Shown in pieces: positions 33,227-42,152 of a stretch of DNA of 56,757 nucleotides. The stretch spans positions 1 through 56,757 of the forward strand of contig PBIV01000056.1 of NCBI GenBank assembly GCA_002720935.1, read 5' to 3'. Each line of letters begins with the position of its first letter. Position 1 is the first letter of the stretch. The position numbers and the translations under genes were made by a program. The DNA comes from Rickettsiales bacterium (lineage in GTDB: Bacteria > Pseudomonadota > Alphaproteobacteria > Micavibrionales > GCA-2720935). The notes under the pieces were generated by a model, which was not told where the DNA came from, did no database searches, and saw only the letters and a list, made by a program, of their open reading frames with translations.

Positions 33227-33577
33227 TTGTCTCTGGACATCTTCGACCTTTTTTTATGGGTTTATTCCCGTTCGTCTTTAAGCGCGCCTATATGGTCTGC
33301 GCTTTTTTTATTTCAGGACAATATTTTGAGTGAAAATGTTTATGAGTTTTGGATACACTTCTTGCTCACAGAGTTTCGCCATGCCTGCAAGAAAAGTAAA
33401 ACGACAACGGATGCACAAGCGCAAAAAGCAAGAAAGTTTCTAACCACGAAAAGCTCTAAGCTTCAATTCATTTGCGATTGTGGCAATATTGAAATGGGCT
33501 ATGTCATCAGGCTTGCAAAACAGCTAAGAGATAATGGTTGGAAGGAAACAGGAACATTAAAGATTACAAATGGTTGA
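33227..33577 (+). CDS. Doubtful or truncated ORF. The 5' third spans the terminator, so the real start (if any) lies downstream.
   Basis: The listed ORF starts at a non-ATG codon. The first in-frame ATG is far downstream (MGYVIRL). Only the C-terminal part (FICDCGNIEMGYVIRLAKQLRDNGW) looks protein-like. Confidence 0.25.
   Translation: MSLDIFDLFLWVYSRSSLSAPIWSALFLFQDNILSENVYEFWIHFLLTEFRHACKKSKTTTDAQAQKARKFLTTKSSKLQFICDCGNIEMGYVIRLAKQLRDNGWKETGTLKITNG
33280..33309 (+). terminator. Intrinsic terminator about 100 nt downstream of the promoter (tR'-like)
   Basis: AAGCGC(33280-85)...GCGCTT(33299-304) stem followed by a T7 run. Confidence 0.5.
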
Positions 33578-34220
33578 TTTTACGGTTCAAACAAATGCCT
33601 TAGAATTATCCAAGTTCCTTAATGGTATGAGGCGTAAGCAGCTCCCCTATGCTACGTCTCGTACTGTTAATGGGATGGCCTTTGAAGCACGACACCAAGA
33701 ACAATCAAAGCTTAATCGCTATTTTAAGCTAAGAACAAACTATCTGAAGAAAAAAGGCGCAATGCCTTTGACCTTGTCTAATAAGAGACAATTCCCAGAT
33801 ATTCATTCTGTTGTGGCCGTAAAGGATGAAATTGCAGCCATGAGCGCAACGGGCGGTATTAAGAAAGCCTCGTCTAATAGTATGGCCGTGCCTTTGTCAG
33901 GTATTACCAGACCTTACTTAAACCCTGGTAAAGAAACCCTGACACGGGGTAAGTGGCCCAAGAATATCGTTAAGAAGGTAAAAACAAAGCGCCGACCTCG
34001 CAAAGGTCGTAAGCCGAAGCCTTTTATTGCTCAATTAAAAGCAGGCACATCAGGTGTTTATATTCGTGAGCAAGGCAAGATGCGCTTAACACCATTGTAT
34101 GTTTTTAAAGATCAAGTCAAGGTCAATAAAACATGGCCCTTAGTCGAGAACATATCTAACTTGGTTGCCAAACAATATTCATCTCGTTTGGCTTATGAGC
34201 TTGACCGCGCCATGAGATAG
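33570..34220 (+). CDS. Hypothetical phage late protein (216 aa), basic centre
   Basis: ORF upstream of the terminase genes. Any resemblance to morphogenesis proteins is weak. Confidence 0.45.
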   Translation: MVDFTVQTNALELSKFLNGMRRKQLPYATSRTVNGMAFEARHQEQSKLNRYFKLRTNYLKKKGAMPLTLSNKRQFPDIHSVVAVKDEIAAMSATGGIKKASSNSMAVPLSGITRPYLNPGKETLTRGKWPKNIVKKVKTKRRPRKGRKPKPFIAQLKAGTSGVYIREQGKMRLTPLYVFKDQVKVNKTWPLVENISNLVAKQYSSRLAYELDRAMR

Positions 34221-34225
34221 ATATA

Positions 34226-34618
34226 ATGATTAATGTCATGAAGAATATTTTTATAACATTGATCTTATCTTTCCTTTTAATCTCATGTGGCGAGCCTGAG
34301 CCTAATAATCGTTTACCAACGGATGATGCCTCAGAATATACTAAGATTGATGCCTTTGGTATGTGTCGAGGCGTGGCCAACAAGACATTGAGTGGCCCTG
34401 TAGATTTTAAGCCTATATATGAAGGCTTAATGATTGATAATTATCTTTATGATGAAGAGAACAAGGAAACTATTCCTGTCATTACAACAACTGTATCCTT
34501 TGAACGCACCTACTATATTGATGGCGCTTACAAAGATGGTATTCGTTGCCATTGGCGCAAGCTTGGTAAGGGCGAACTCGAATATTACAGCCACCACTTC
34601 ACACCAAACCCCCTCTAA
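34226..34618 (+). CDS. Phage-encoded lipoprotein
   Basis: Signal peptide plus lipobox MKNIFITLILSFLLISC. Confidence 0.6.
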   Translation: MINVMKNIFITLILSFLLISCGEPEPNNRLPTDDASEYTKIDAFGMCRGVANKTLSGPVDFKPIYEGLMIDNYLYDEENKETIPVITTTVSFERTYYIDGAYKDGIRCHWRKLGKGELEYYSHHFTPNPL

Positions 34619-34737
34619 AATAAATCGCATAGGTTCTTCCCAGACTTTACGCGCAACGGGTGCCGTGTGAGCGCAGGGTCTTTCTAGTGACAGAAATTTA
34701 AAGTAGTAGAAATAGAAACTGGTCTCAGGTTAATCAA

Positions 34738-35253
34738 ATGGCAAAAAAAGAAGAGTGGGTAACGCCTAATCATTTCTCAAAGGAAATAAGCGTAACACCT
34801 CAGGCCGTTTTGAATGCTATTGAAAGTGGTCGTTTTTCTGAAAAGTGTTTACGAACCACAGAAACAAAAACTGGCAAGAAAAGATACAAAATCCTTTTAA
34901 AAGAAGGGTTGGTTGAATTTGAAGAAAATAAACAAATTGCCCAAAAGAATTATAGCGACCAAGATTTCACGCAAGCCAGAAGACAAGAACAAGTTGCAAA
35001 AGCAAGAATAGCAGAACTTGAATGCCTTGAACGTGAGGGCGAACTTGTTCGTGTTGAGGAAGTCGTTAAACACCACACGAAGCTAGCAACTCAACTTGTT
35101 ACAGGGGCTGACAATCTTATAACTAGAATTGCACCAGAGTTATTGAATATTAATTCGCCTTTAGAAATGGAAAAACTTCTTAGAACCCATTTTATGGGCT
35201 ATTTCGAGGAGTTCTCTCGTGGATGTGAACAAGGAAATTGCCCTTATTCATAG
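34738..35253 (+). CDS. Terminase small subunit (Nu1-like HTH N-terminus)
   Basis: Sits immediately upstream of and overlapping the GpA-type large subunit. N-terminal HTH NHFSKEISVTPQAVLNAIESGRF. Confidence 0.65.
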   Translation: MAKKEEWVTPNHFSKEISVTPQAVLNAIESGRFSEKCLRTTETKTGKKRYKILLKEGLVEFEENKQIAQKNYSDQDFTQARRQEQVAKARIAELECLEREGELVRVEEVVKHHTKLATQLVTGADNLITRIAPELLNINSPLEMEKLLRTHFMGYFEEFSRGCEQGNCPYS

Positions 35254-37087
35254 CATTTATGCTAAAGCCTTTAAACCTAGGCCTGTAGATTTAACCGTCT
35301 CAGAATGGGCCGACAAAAACAGAGTATTATCAGGAAAAGCAGCCGCAGAACCTGGACGATGGAAAACTTCTAGAACCCCTTACTTGAAAGAGCCTATGGA
35401 CGTATTGTCTGTAGGATCCCCAGTTCAAAGGGTAGTTCTTAAATTTGGCTCTCAGCTTGGTAAAACGGAAACGCTTAACAATTTAATTGGTTATACAGCG
35501 GATTATGCCCCTGCTCCAATTCTAATGGTCCAACCAACATTGGGGATGGTTAAAAAAGCATCCAAGCAGAGATTGTCTCCAATGATTAAAGAATCACCAA
35601 GCCTTCTATCAAAATTCGCACCAGAGCGAAGTCGTGAAGGTTCAAACACTTTATTCGAAAAAGAGTTCGATGGTGGCATATTACTTTTGGCTACAGCAAA
35701 AAGTGCGAGTGAGCTTGCATCAATGCCCATCAAGATTGTTTGTCTGGATGAGATAGATCGATATGATACAGATGTAAGGGATGAAGGGGATCCAATAGAG
35801 CTAGCAGAAACAAGAACCTCTACATTTAGAAACAGAAAAATTGTCTTAACCTCTACGCCTACTGTTGCAGGCGTTTCTAATGTTGAAGCAGAATATGAAG
35901 CCTCTGACCAGAGAGAGTTTTACCTGCCTTGCCCTCATTGTGAAGAAAAACAAACTTTAAAGTTTTCAAATCTTCAATTTGATGAAGAGAATGTGAAAGA
36001 AGTTCATTATGCTTGCGAACATTGTGGCGGCTTAATCGAAGAGCACAATAAAACATGGATGCTCGCAAACGGAGAATGGATACCAAAATATCCAGAAAGA
36101 GAAATCAGGGGCTATTGGCTGAATTCACTATATTCTCCTGTAGGATTTTTGTCTTGGGAAGCTATCGTAAAAAGATTTTTAAAGGCTAAAAAGAATGCCT
36201 CAAAACTCAAAGTTTTTGTGAACACCATTCTGGCAGAAACATGGGATGAAAAAGGAGAATCTCCTGAGCATGAAAAGCTTTATCGAAGAAGAGAAGATTA
36301 CCCATTAAAAACCGTCTGCAAAGGCGGTTTATTTTTAACCGCTGGTGTCGATGTTCAAAGAAACCGAATTGAGGTTGAAGTAGTTGCTTGGGGTCGAGAC
36401 ATGGAAACATGGTCCGTAGATTACAGAGTATACCCAGGGGATACGTCTCAAAAAGAGGTTTGGGATAAATTCTGGCCAATCCTTAATGAAACCTTTGATC
36501 ATGAAAGTGGCGCCAAGCTAAAAATTAGACAATTAGCGATTGATAGCTCGGATCAAACCCAGATTGTTTACAAGCAAGTCAGAGATCAAAAAGATCATAG
36601 AGTAATGGCTATTAAAGGGAGTGACTCGTCAATAATGACGGTCAGCCCGCCTAAAGATGTAGACATCAACTATGATGGCAAAAAGATTTATCGCGGCATC
36701 CAACTATGGACTGTAGGTGTCAGCTTATTAAAGATGGAGCTTTACGGGTGGTTAAAGCAAGACCCACCTAAAGAAAGCAATGAGCCTTATCCATATGGAT
36801 ATTGTCATTTTCCACAATATGATGAAGAGCACTTCAAACGCCTTACTGCAGAAAGCAGAAAAAGGAAAATAGTAAATGGCAAAACCAAATACAAATGGGT
36901 TGCCCACCATGAACGAAATGAACAATTAGATTGCCGTGTGTATGCAAGAGCTGCGGCCCATGTGTTTGGTATTGATCGATTTGAAGAAAAACACTGGAAG
37001 CAATTAGAGTCAATGGTTCAAGAACCTGATGATGATCCTAGCACACCAAAACCTGAAATTAAGAGAAGAAAGACGAGCTACTTATAA
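35219..37087 (+). CDS. Terminase large subunit, lambda GpA family
   Basis: SEWADKNRVLSGKAAAEPGRWKTSRTPYLKEPMD, a Walker-like GSQLGKT and zinc-ribbon CPHC...CEHCG are typical of GpA. Confidence 0.85.
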   Translation: MDVNKEIALIHSIYAKAFKPRPVDLTVSEWADKNRVLSGKAAAEPGRWKTSRTPYLKEPMDVLSVGSPVQRVVLKFGSQLGKTETLNNLIGYTADYAPAPILMVQPTLGMVKKASKQRLSPMIKESPSLLSKFAPERSREGSNTLFEKEFDGGILLLATAKSASELASMPIKIVCLDEIDRYDTDVRDEGDPIELAETRTSTFRNRKIVLTSTPTVAGVSNVEAEYEASDQREFYLPCPHCEEKQTLKFSNLQFDEENVKEVHYACEHCGGLIEEHNKTWMLANGEWIPKYPEREIRGYWLNSLYSPVGFLSWEAIVKRFLKAKKNASKLKVFVNTILAETWDEKGESPEHEKLYRRREDYPLKTVCKGGLFLTAGVDVQRNRIEVEVVAWGRDMETWSVDYRVYPGDTSQKEVWDKFWPILNETFDHESGAKLKIRQLAIDSSDQTQIVYKQVRDQKDHRVMAIKGSDSSIMTVSPPKDVDINYDGKKIYRGIQLWTVGVSLLKMELYGWLKQDPPKESNEPYPYGYCHFPQYDEEHFKRLTAESRKRKIVNGKTKYKWVAHHERNEQLDCRVYARAAAHVFGIDRFEEKHWKQLESMVQEPDDDPSTPKPEIKRRKTSYL

Positions 37088-37290
37088 TGTCCGATTTTAC
37101 TCAAGCCGATTTAGACACTCTAAATAAGGCCATCGCTCAAGGTGCTCTAAAAGTAAAATATTCTGATAAAGAAGTGACTTACAGATCATTGGACGAAATG
37201 ATCAAAATCAGAAATCTCATGAAAAAAGATTTAGGCATTACAAGTAAAGCGCCTAGCAGGGTCTTAGCAAGCTTTAGTAAAGGCACATAA
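37087..37290 (+). CDS. Head-tail joining protein gpW family
   Basis: 67 aa. DLDTLNKAIAQGALKVKYSDKEVTYRSLDEMIKIRNLM matches the gpW pattern. Position between terminase and portal fits. Confidence 0.75.
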   Translation: MSDFTQADLDTLNKAIAQGALKVKYSDKEVTYRSLDEMIKIRNLMKKDLGITSKAPSRVLASFSKGT

Positions 37291-37296
37291 TTCCAA

Positions 37297-38799
37297 ATGA
37301 AAAGAAATTTATTAGATAAAGTGATTGAAGCTTTTTCGCCTCAATCAGCTGCAAAGCGTTATTATTTTCGTTTTCAGCTAGATAAAGTGCGCCGCTTTGA
37401 AGCCGCTAGTAAGGGCCGTAGAACGGATGGTTGGAGAACCCCTTCTACAGATGCAAATGGCGCTTTCTTAGGTTTATTACAAACGATGCGAAATCGGTCT
37501 CGTGATTTGGTTAGAAATAATCCATATGCCCAACGTGCGGTTCAGGTAATTTCAACCAATACTGTTGGAAAAGGCATTAAAGGCGAGGCTAAAGTATCGG
37601 GCAACAAAACAAAGGCTGATCGCTTCCAAGCTGAATGGGAAAACTGGGCAGAAACCACAGAAATAGATGCAGATGGAAAGCATAACTTTTATGGCCTACA
37701 GAGGCTTGCAATGCGTTGTGTTGCAGAATCTGGCTCTGTAATTATTAGAAAAAGACGTCGACGTTTTACAGATGGTAGAACCGCGCCTCTTCAAATTCAA
37801 ATATTAGAACCTGATTTTATAGATACTTCTAAAGAAGGGAAAAGCGGTTCTAATGTGATCATTCAAGGCCGTGAGTTTAGTTCTACTGGAAAGCCAGTTG
37901 CATATTGGTTGTTTGAAGAACATCCAGGCAATTCTTTAGGATTTGGAAGTTTTAAATCCGTACGTGTTCCTGCTTCTGAAATTATCTATATGTATAGATC
38001 AGATAGAATTGGACAAATACACGGTATTCCATGGGGGGTATCAGCATTTATAAGGTTAAAAGATTTTGACGATTATGAAGATGCCCAATTACTAAGGCAA
38101 AAGATTGCTGCCTGTTTTACAGCGTTTGTTTATGATTCTACAGGCGCTGACAATTTGACTGGCTTAGATAGCGCCTCAAATTCTGGTAACGATAATGGCT
38201 TAGCCGATAAATTCGAACCTGGTATGATTGAATTCTTACCATCTGGAAAAGATATTAGGATTGCCAACCCCCCTGCTGTTTCGAACTATGGGGAATATAC
38301 TTCTGCCATGTTGCACTCTATCGCAATCGCCTACAACGTGCCTTATGAGGCCCTTACAAACGACTACTCTAAAACCAATTATTCATCTTCAAGAGCAACT
38401 TGGTTGCAATTTCACAAAGATTTAGATGAATGGCAAGAAATTATGCTCATTCCACAAATGTGCAATGGAATTTTCGACTGGTTTAAACAAGCTTTATCAC
38501 TAACAGGCCAAGACACAAAAGGTGTTGGTATTACTTGGATACCACCAAGAAGGCACCTCATTGATCCAACGAAAGAGATCCCTGCGATCATTAAACAAAT
38601 TCGCTCTGGGCTAATGTCTCACAAACGCGCCTTAAGAGAGCTCGGATTTACACCAGACGAGATTTACGAAGAAATCAAACAAAGCAATGAAATCTTTGAT
38701 GAGAACAATTTAACCCTTGATAGTGATCCACGAAAAGTCACAGGTGGTGGATCTCTTCAAAAAGAAGAGGAAAATTCAAATGAAAAAGAACCAGAATAA
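37297..38799 (+). CDS. Portal protein, lambda family
   Basis: Size, position and the N-terminal pattern YYFRFQLDKVRRFEAASKGRRTDGW are typical of lambda-type portals. Confidence 0.8.
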   Translation: MKRNLLDKVIEAFSPQSAAKRYYFRFQLDKVRRFEAASKGRRTDGWRTPSTDANGAFLGLLQTMRNRSRDLVRNNPYAQRAVQVISTNTVGKGIKGEAKVSGNKTKADRFQAEWENWAETTEIDADGKHNFYGLQRLAMRCVAESGSVIIRKRRRRFTDGRTAPLQIQILEPDFIDTSKEGKSGSNVIIQGREFSSTGKPVAYWLFEEHPGNSLGFGSFKSVRVPASEIIYMYRSDRIGQIHGIPWGVSAFIRLKDFDDYEDAQLLRQKIAACFTAFVYDSTGADNLTGLDSASNSGNDNGLADKFEPGMIEFLPSGKDIRIANPPAVSNYGEYTSAMLHSIAIAYNVPYEALTNDYSKTNYSSSRATWLQFHKDLDEWQEIMLIPQMCNGIFDWFKQALSLTGQDTKGVGITWIPPRRHLIDPTKEIPAIIKQIRSGLMSHKRALRELGFTPDEIYEEIKQSNEIFDENNLTLDSDPRKVTGGGSLQKEEENSNEKEPE

Positions 38800-40738
38800 A
38801 ACTGAAAATGAAGTTTTACTTCCTGAAAACAGACCAGAACTTTCAAGAAACCTTTCACTAGTTAGAAATAGCTACAATGAAGAAGAAAACACAGTAAGGG
38901 TTCAATATACAACGGGCGCAAGAGTTCTAAGACGTGATTATAATGGCGTTCTTTTTTACGAAGAACTTGGCTTAGAGCCTGAAAATATTAGGCTTGAAAG
39001 ATTAAATTCTGGTGCACCAGTTTTAGACACACATTGGTCACACTCTGTGGACAGCATTATTGGTGTTGTTGTGGAAGGAAGCGCTGATCAAAGACATGCG
39101 ACTTTAAGATTTTCTGATCGAGAAGATCGCAAAGGCTTAATTAATGACATCAAAAGCGGGATTATTCGCAATGTAAGCGTTGGATACACAATCCATCGTT
39201 TTGAAGACGTCACAACAGATGAAGATGATATTAGAGTTCTTAGAGCCGTAGACTGGGAACCTACTGAGATTTCAATGGTTGCCATTGGCGCGGATGCGGG
39301 TGCAGGTGTTCGCACAGGAAAAAACTTTGACTGCACACAACTGGCTAGAGATGCCGAAATCAACACTTCGAAAGGAAATGAAATGAACGAAGATAAGAAA
39401 GATAAGAACAAAGTCTGCGCCGACAATCCAAATAATGAGCGTAGTGCTAACCCTATTGATCTAACACAAGTTAAAGAGGAAGCTAAAAAAGAAGCTATTG
39501 CAGCAGAGCGTGCTCGTGTAAGCGCTATCAATGATGCGGTAAGAAAAGCAGGTCTAAATCAAGAATTTGCTGATGAACTTATCAAGGATGATAAATCATT
39601 AGATGAAGCCCGCAAGCTTATCATTGATAAATGGGCTGAAGAAGATAAGGTTGAAACTCGCTCACAAATTACAGTAGGCGAAGACCTGACAAGAAAAGCA
39701 CGTTTAGAAGGTGTTGAGAATGCTCTAATGTATCGCTCTAATCCAACTACAGAACTTACCGAAGTTGGTAGAAACTGGACAGGCTTAAACTTACGTGAGA
39801 TGTCTCGTCAATTCTTAGATGAAGAGGGACAAAGTGTTCGTGGCATATCAATTAACGAGATTGCAAGCCGTGCTTTAAGTACAAGTGACTTTACAAACAT
39901 TCTTGCTAACGTAGCAAATAAGAGCCTTCGTCAACATTATGAAGATACAACACGCACATTCACACCTTGGTGTCGTCAAGTAACTCTTCCTGACTTTAAG
40001 GACGTTCATAGAAATATCTTAAGCGAAGCTCCTAACTTAGAGAAAAAGACCCAAGGCGGAGAATTCAAAAAAGGCAAATTCACAGACGGTAAAGAAGTTT
40101 ATAGCCTATCCACATATGGTAAAGTTCTAATGATTACCCGTGAAGCTATTATCAATGATGATATGGATGCATTTACGAAGATTCCACAACAATTTGGTGC
40201 AGCTTCTTCACGCCTAGAAAGTGACCTTGTCTATGGCATTTTTGCAGACAACCCTAATATGGCGGACGGAAAAGCTTTATTCCACGCAGATCACAACAAC
40301 CTAACTACTGGGGCGATCTCAGTTGAAAATCTAGGTAAAATGAAAGCAGCTATGAGGAAACAAAAAGGCATTGGTGGAAAAGCAGCCTTAAATGTTCCAT
40401 TAGAGTTTCTGATTGTTCCATCTGCCCTTGAAACGGCAGCAGAACAACATTTAGGTGTAATTCAACCAAATGAGGCTTCTAAAGTAAACCCATTCAGAAA
40501 TACTTTAAAACTGATCGTTGAAGGACGTTTGGATGATATTAGTGCAACCCAATATTATGGGGCTGCCAATCCTAACCAATTAGATACTATCGAATATGGC
40601 TATTTAGAAGGTCAGTCTGGTCCATATATTGAATCTCGCAATGGTTTCCACTCTGACGGGATGGAAATTAAGGTTCGCCATGATTTCGTAGCTAAAGCAC
40701 TCGACTTTAGAGGCTTAGTACGCTCTTCAGGCTCATAA
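38780..40738 (+). CDS. Prohead protease (HK97/S78-like) fused to the major capsid protein
   Basis: The N-terminal part has LDTHWSHSVDSIIGVV and NVSVGYTIH protease-like motifs. An acidic/basic linker follows, then a roughly 350-aa capsid-like C-terminus. A terminator follows the gene. Confidence 0.65.
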   Translation: MKKNQNKTENEVLLPENRPELSRNLSLVRNSYNEEENTVRVQYTTGARVLRRDYNGVLFYEELGLEPENIRLERLNSGAPVLDTHWSHSVDSIIGVVVEGSADQRHATLRFSDREDRKGLINDIKSGIIRNVSVGYTIHRFEDVTTDEDDIRVLRAVDWEPTEISMVAIGADAGAGVRTGKNFDCTQLARDAEINTSKGNEMNEDKKDKNKVCADNPNNERSANPIDLTQVKEEAKKEAIAAERARVSAINDAVRKAGLNQEFADELIKDDKSLDEARKLIIDKWAEEDKVETRSQITVGEDLTRKARLEGVENALMYRSNPTTELTEVGRNWTGLNLREMSRQFLDEEGQSVRGISINEIASRALSTSDFTNILANVANKSLRQHYEDTTRTFTPWCRQVTLPDFKDVHRNILSEAPNLEKKTQGGEFKKGKFTDGKEVYSLSTYGKVLMITREAIINDDMDAFTKIPQQFGAASSRLESDLVYGIFADNPNMADGKALFHADHNNLTTGAISVENLGKMKAAMRKQKGIGGKAALNVPLEFLIVPSALETAAEQHLGVIQPNEASKVNPFRNTLKLIVEGRLDDISATQYYGAANPNQLDTIEYGYLEGQSGPYIESRNGFHSDGMEIKVRHDFVAKALDFRGLVRSSGS

Positions 40739-40766
40739 TCTAGTTTATAATTTATAACCAAATTAA

Positions 40767-40788
40767 GGGGGCAATACGCCCCCATTTT
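40767..40788 (+). terminator. Intrinsic terminator/attenuator after the capsid gene
   Basis: GGGGGC-aatac-GCCCCC hairpin followed by ATTTT. Confidence 0.55.
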
Positions 40789-40805
40789 CATGAAAGGAAA
40801 AAATA

Positions 40806-41141
40806 ATGTCAGTTAATAAAATTCAAGATGGAAACGTCTTAGATTTAACAGCCCCAAGTGGCGGTGTAGTAAGTGGAACTCCTGTTCTGATTGGAACGAT
40901 TTTATGTGTACCTGTGACAAGCGCAGATGAAGGCGACGTTTTCGCAGCTGATGTAGTTGGCGTTTATGAAATCGCTAAAGCTACGGGAGCACTCACAGAA
41001 GGTGCAAAGGTTTATTGGGATAATTCTGCTAAGAAAGTAACAGCAACGGCTTCAGGAAATACTCTTGTGGGTGTTGCAGTTGAGGGAGTTGCTTCTGGAG
41101 CTGAAACTGTAAAAGTTCGCCTTGATGGAGTTGCTCGATAA
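40806..41141 (+). CDS. DUF2190-family head decoration/cement-like protein
   Basis: 111 aa, Gly/Val/Ala-rich. GNVLDLTAPSGGVVSGTPVLIG...AKVYWDNSAKKVT is the typical DUF2190 pattern. Confidence 0.65.
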   Translation: MSVNKIQDGNVLDLTAPSGGVVSGTPVLIGTILCVPVTSADEGDVFAADVVGVYEIAKATGALTEGAKVYWDNSAKKVTATASGNTLVGVAVEGVASGAETVKVRLDGVAR

Positions 41142-41458
41142 TGAGTTTTAACTCAATGATTGATAATTTGTTGGGGGCTTGCCTTAGTGTAATGGGGCAG
41201 CCCCTAACCTATATCGATGAAGATGAAAACGTATATCAGCTTCAAGGCATTTTTAGCAATGAATTTGAAGCCGTTGATCCTAATACAGGATATGAAATAA
41301 TTTCTAGCGTTCCAAATATAGGAATTCGCTTATCCGAATGGCCGAAAGTTCCAGTCTTTGAAGAGGCTATTTCGATAAACGAAGTCAATTATAAGGTTCG
41401 TCATACTGAAGAAGATGGCGAGGGTGGCGCTACAGTGTTCTTAGATAAGGTCGTCTAA
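41141..41458 (+). CDS. Head completion/adaptor-position protein
   Basis: Call by position only. ATGA overlaps on both sides. Confidence 0.4.
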   Translation: MSFNSMIDNLLGACLSVMGQPLTYIDEDENVYQLQGIFSNEFEAVDPNTGYEIISSVPNIGIRLSEWPKVPVFEEAISINEVNYKVRHTEEDGEGGATVFLDKVV

Positions 41459-41970
41459 TGCATCCAAGAATTAATATTAGAAACAAAATCAAAGAGCTTA
41501 TAGAGAACAATATTTTAGGTGCTAAAACTGTCAGCATTCATAGACTAAGAAATATTGAAACAAGCCCCAATCCACATTTTAGTGTTGATACATACCGTGA
41601 AACATCTGAGATATATTCTCAAACAAAAATCACATATAGACGAAATGTTCAAATTGCAATCACAATCGCTTTAGCAAATGGCAAGAATACAGATGATGAT
41701 TTAGATAACCTTGCTCAACAAGTTGAAAACATCCTTATTCTAAATGACGATTTGGACGGGATTTGTGACAGCCTGACTTTAACTGAGACATCTGTAGAAC
41801 TTGATTTAGGTAATCAGACCATTGGTGGTCTGGCAATGAATTTTGATTGTGTATATTACACCGATCATGTTCAAGAGTTTGATGATCTAGAAACCGTGAA
41901 CTTTAAGCTTAAGCATGGCGATCAGAGCGACGTCCATAGCGAAACACAAATTACAATCCCAACAGAATAG
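41458..41970 (+). CDS. Neck/tail-terminator-position protein
   Basis: Call by position only. Confidence 0.4.
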   Translation: MHPRINIRNKIKELIENNILGAKTVSIHRLRNIETSPNPHFSVDTYRETSEIYSQTKITYRRNVQIAITIALANGKNTDDDLDNLAQQVENILILNDDLDGICDSLTLTETSVELDLGNQTIGGLAMNFDCVYYTDHVQEFDDLETVNFKLKHGDQSDVHSETQITIPTE

Positions 41971-41978
41971 GACATAAA

Positions 41979-42152
41979 ATGAAAAGACTTTTTATTAAGC
42001 CTGCCGATGGCATGGTGGTCAGAGACCCTATGACAAAAGAGAAACTTCCCGTTGAAGGAAAAGAAACTCTTATTAACAGCTATTGGCAACGCCGCATCAA
42101 AGACGGCGATGTAATTGTATTTAAACCATCTAAAAGTAAAGGATCTAAATAA
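41979..42152 (+). CDS. DUF2635-like small protein (Mu gp38-like, 57 aa, hand-called)
   Basis: MKRLFIKPADGMVVRDPMTKEKLPVEGKETLINSYWQRRIKDGDVIVFKP. The stop overlaps the sheath gene ATG. Confidence 0.55.
   Translation: MKRLFIKPADGMVVRDPMTKEKLPVEGKETLINSYWQRRIKDGDVIVFKPSKSKGSK

Noticed and set aside
34619-34737. GC-rich stretch upstream of the small terminase, considered as the cos site
   Set aside because: The location is right for a lambda-type cos, but the cohesive-end sequence and terminase binding repeats cannot be identified from sequence alone. It is not reported as a feature.
39088-39531. 147-aa minus-strand ORF inside the capsid gene, and similar antisense ORFs (35503..35733, 36207..36479, 42418..42714, 45585..45833, 51180..51635)
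   Set aside because: All lie antisense within long, well-supported structural genes and have biased Ser/Leu/Ala-rich compositions.
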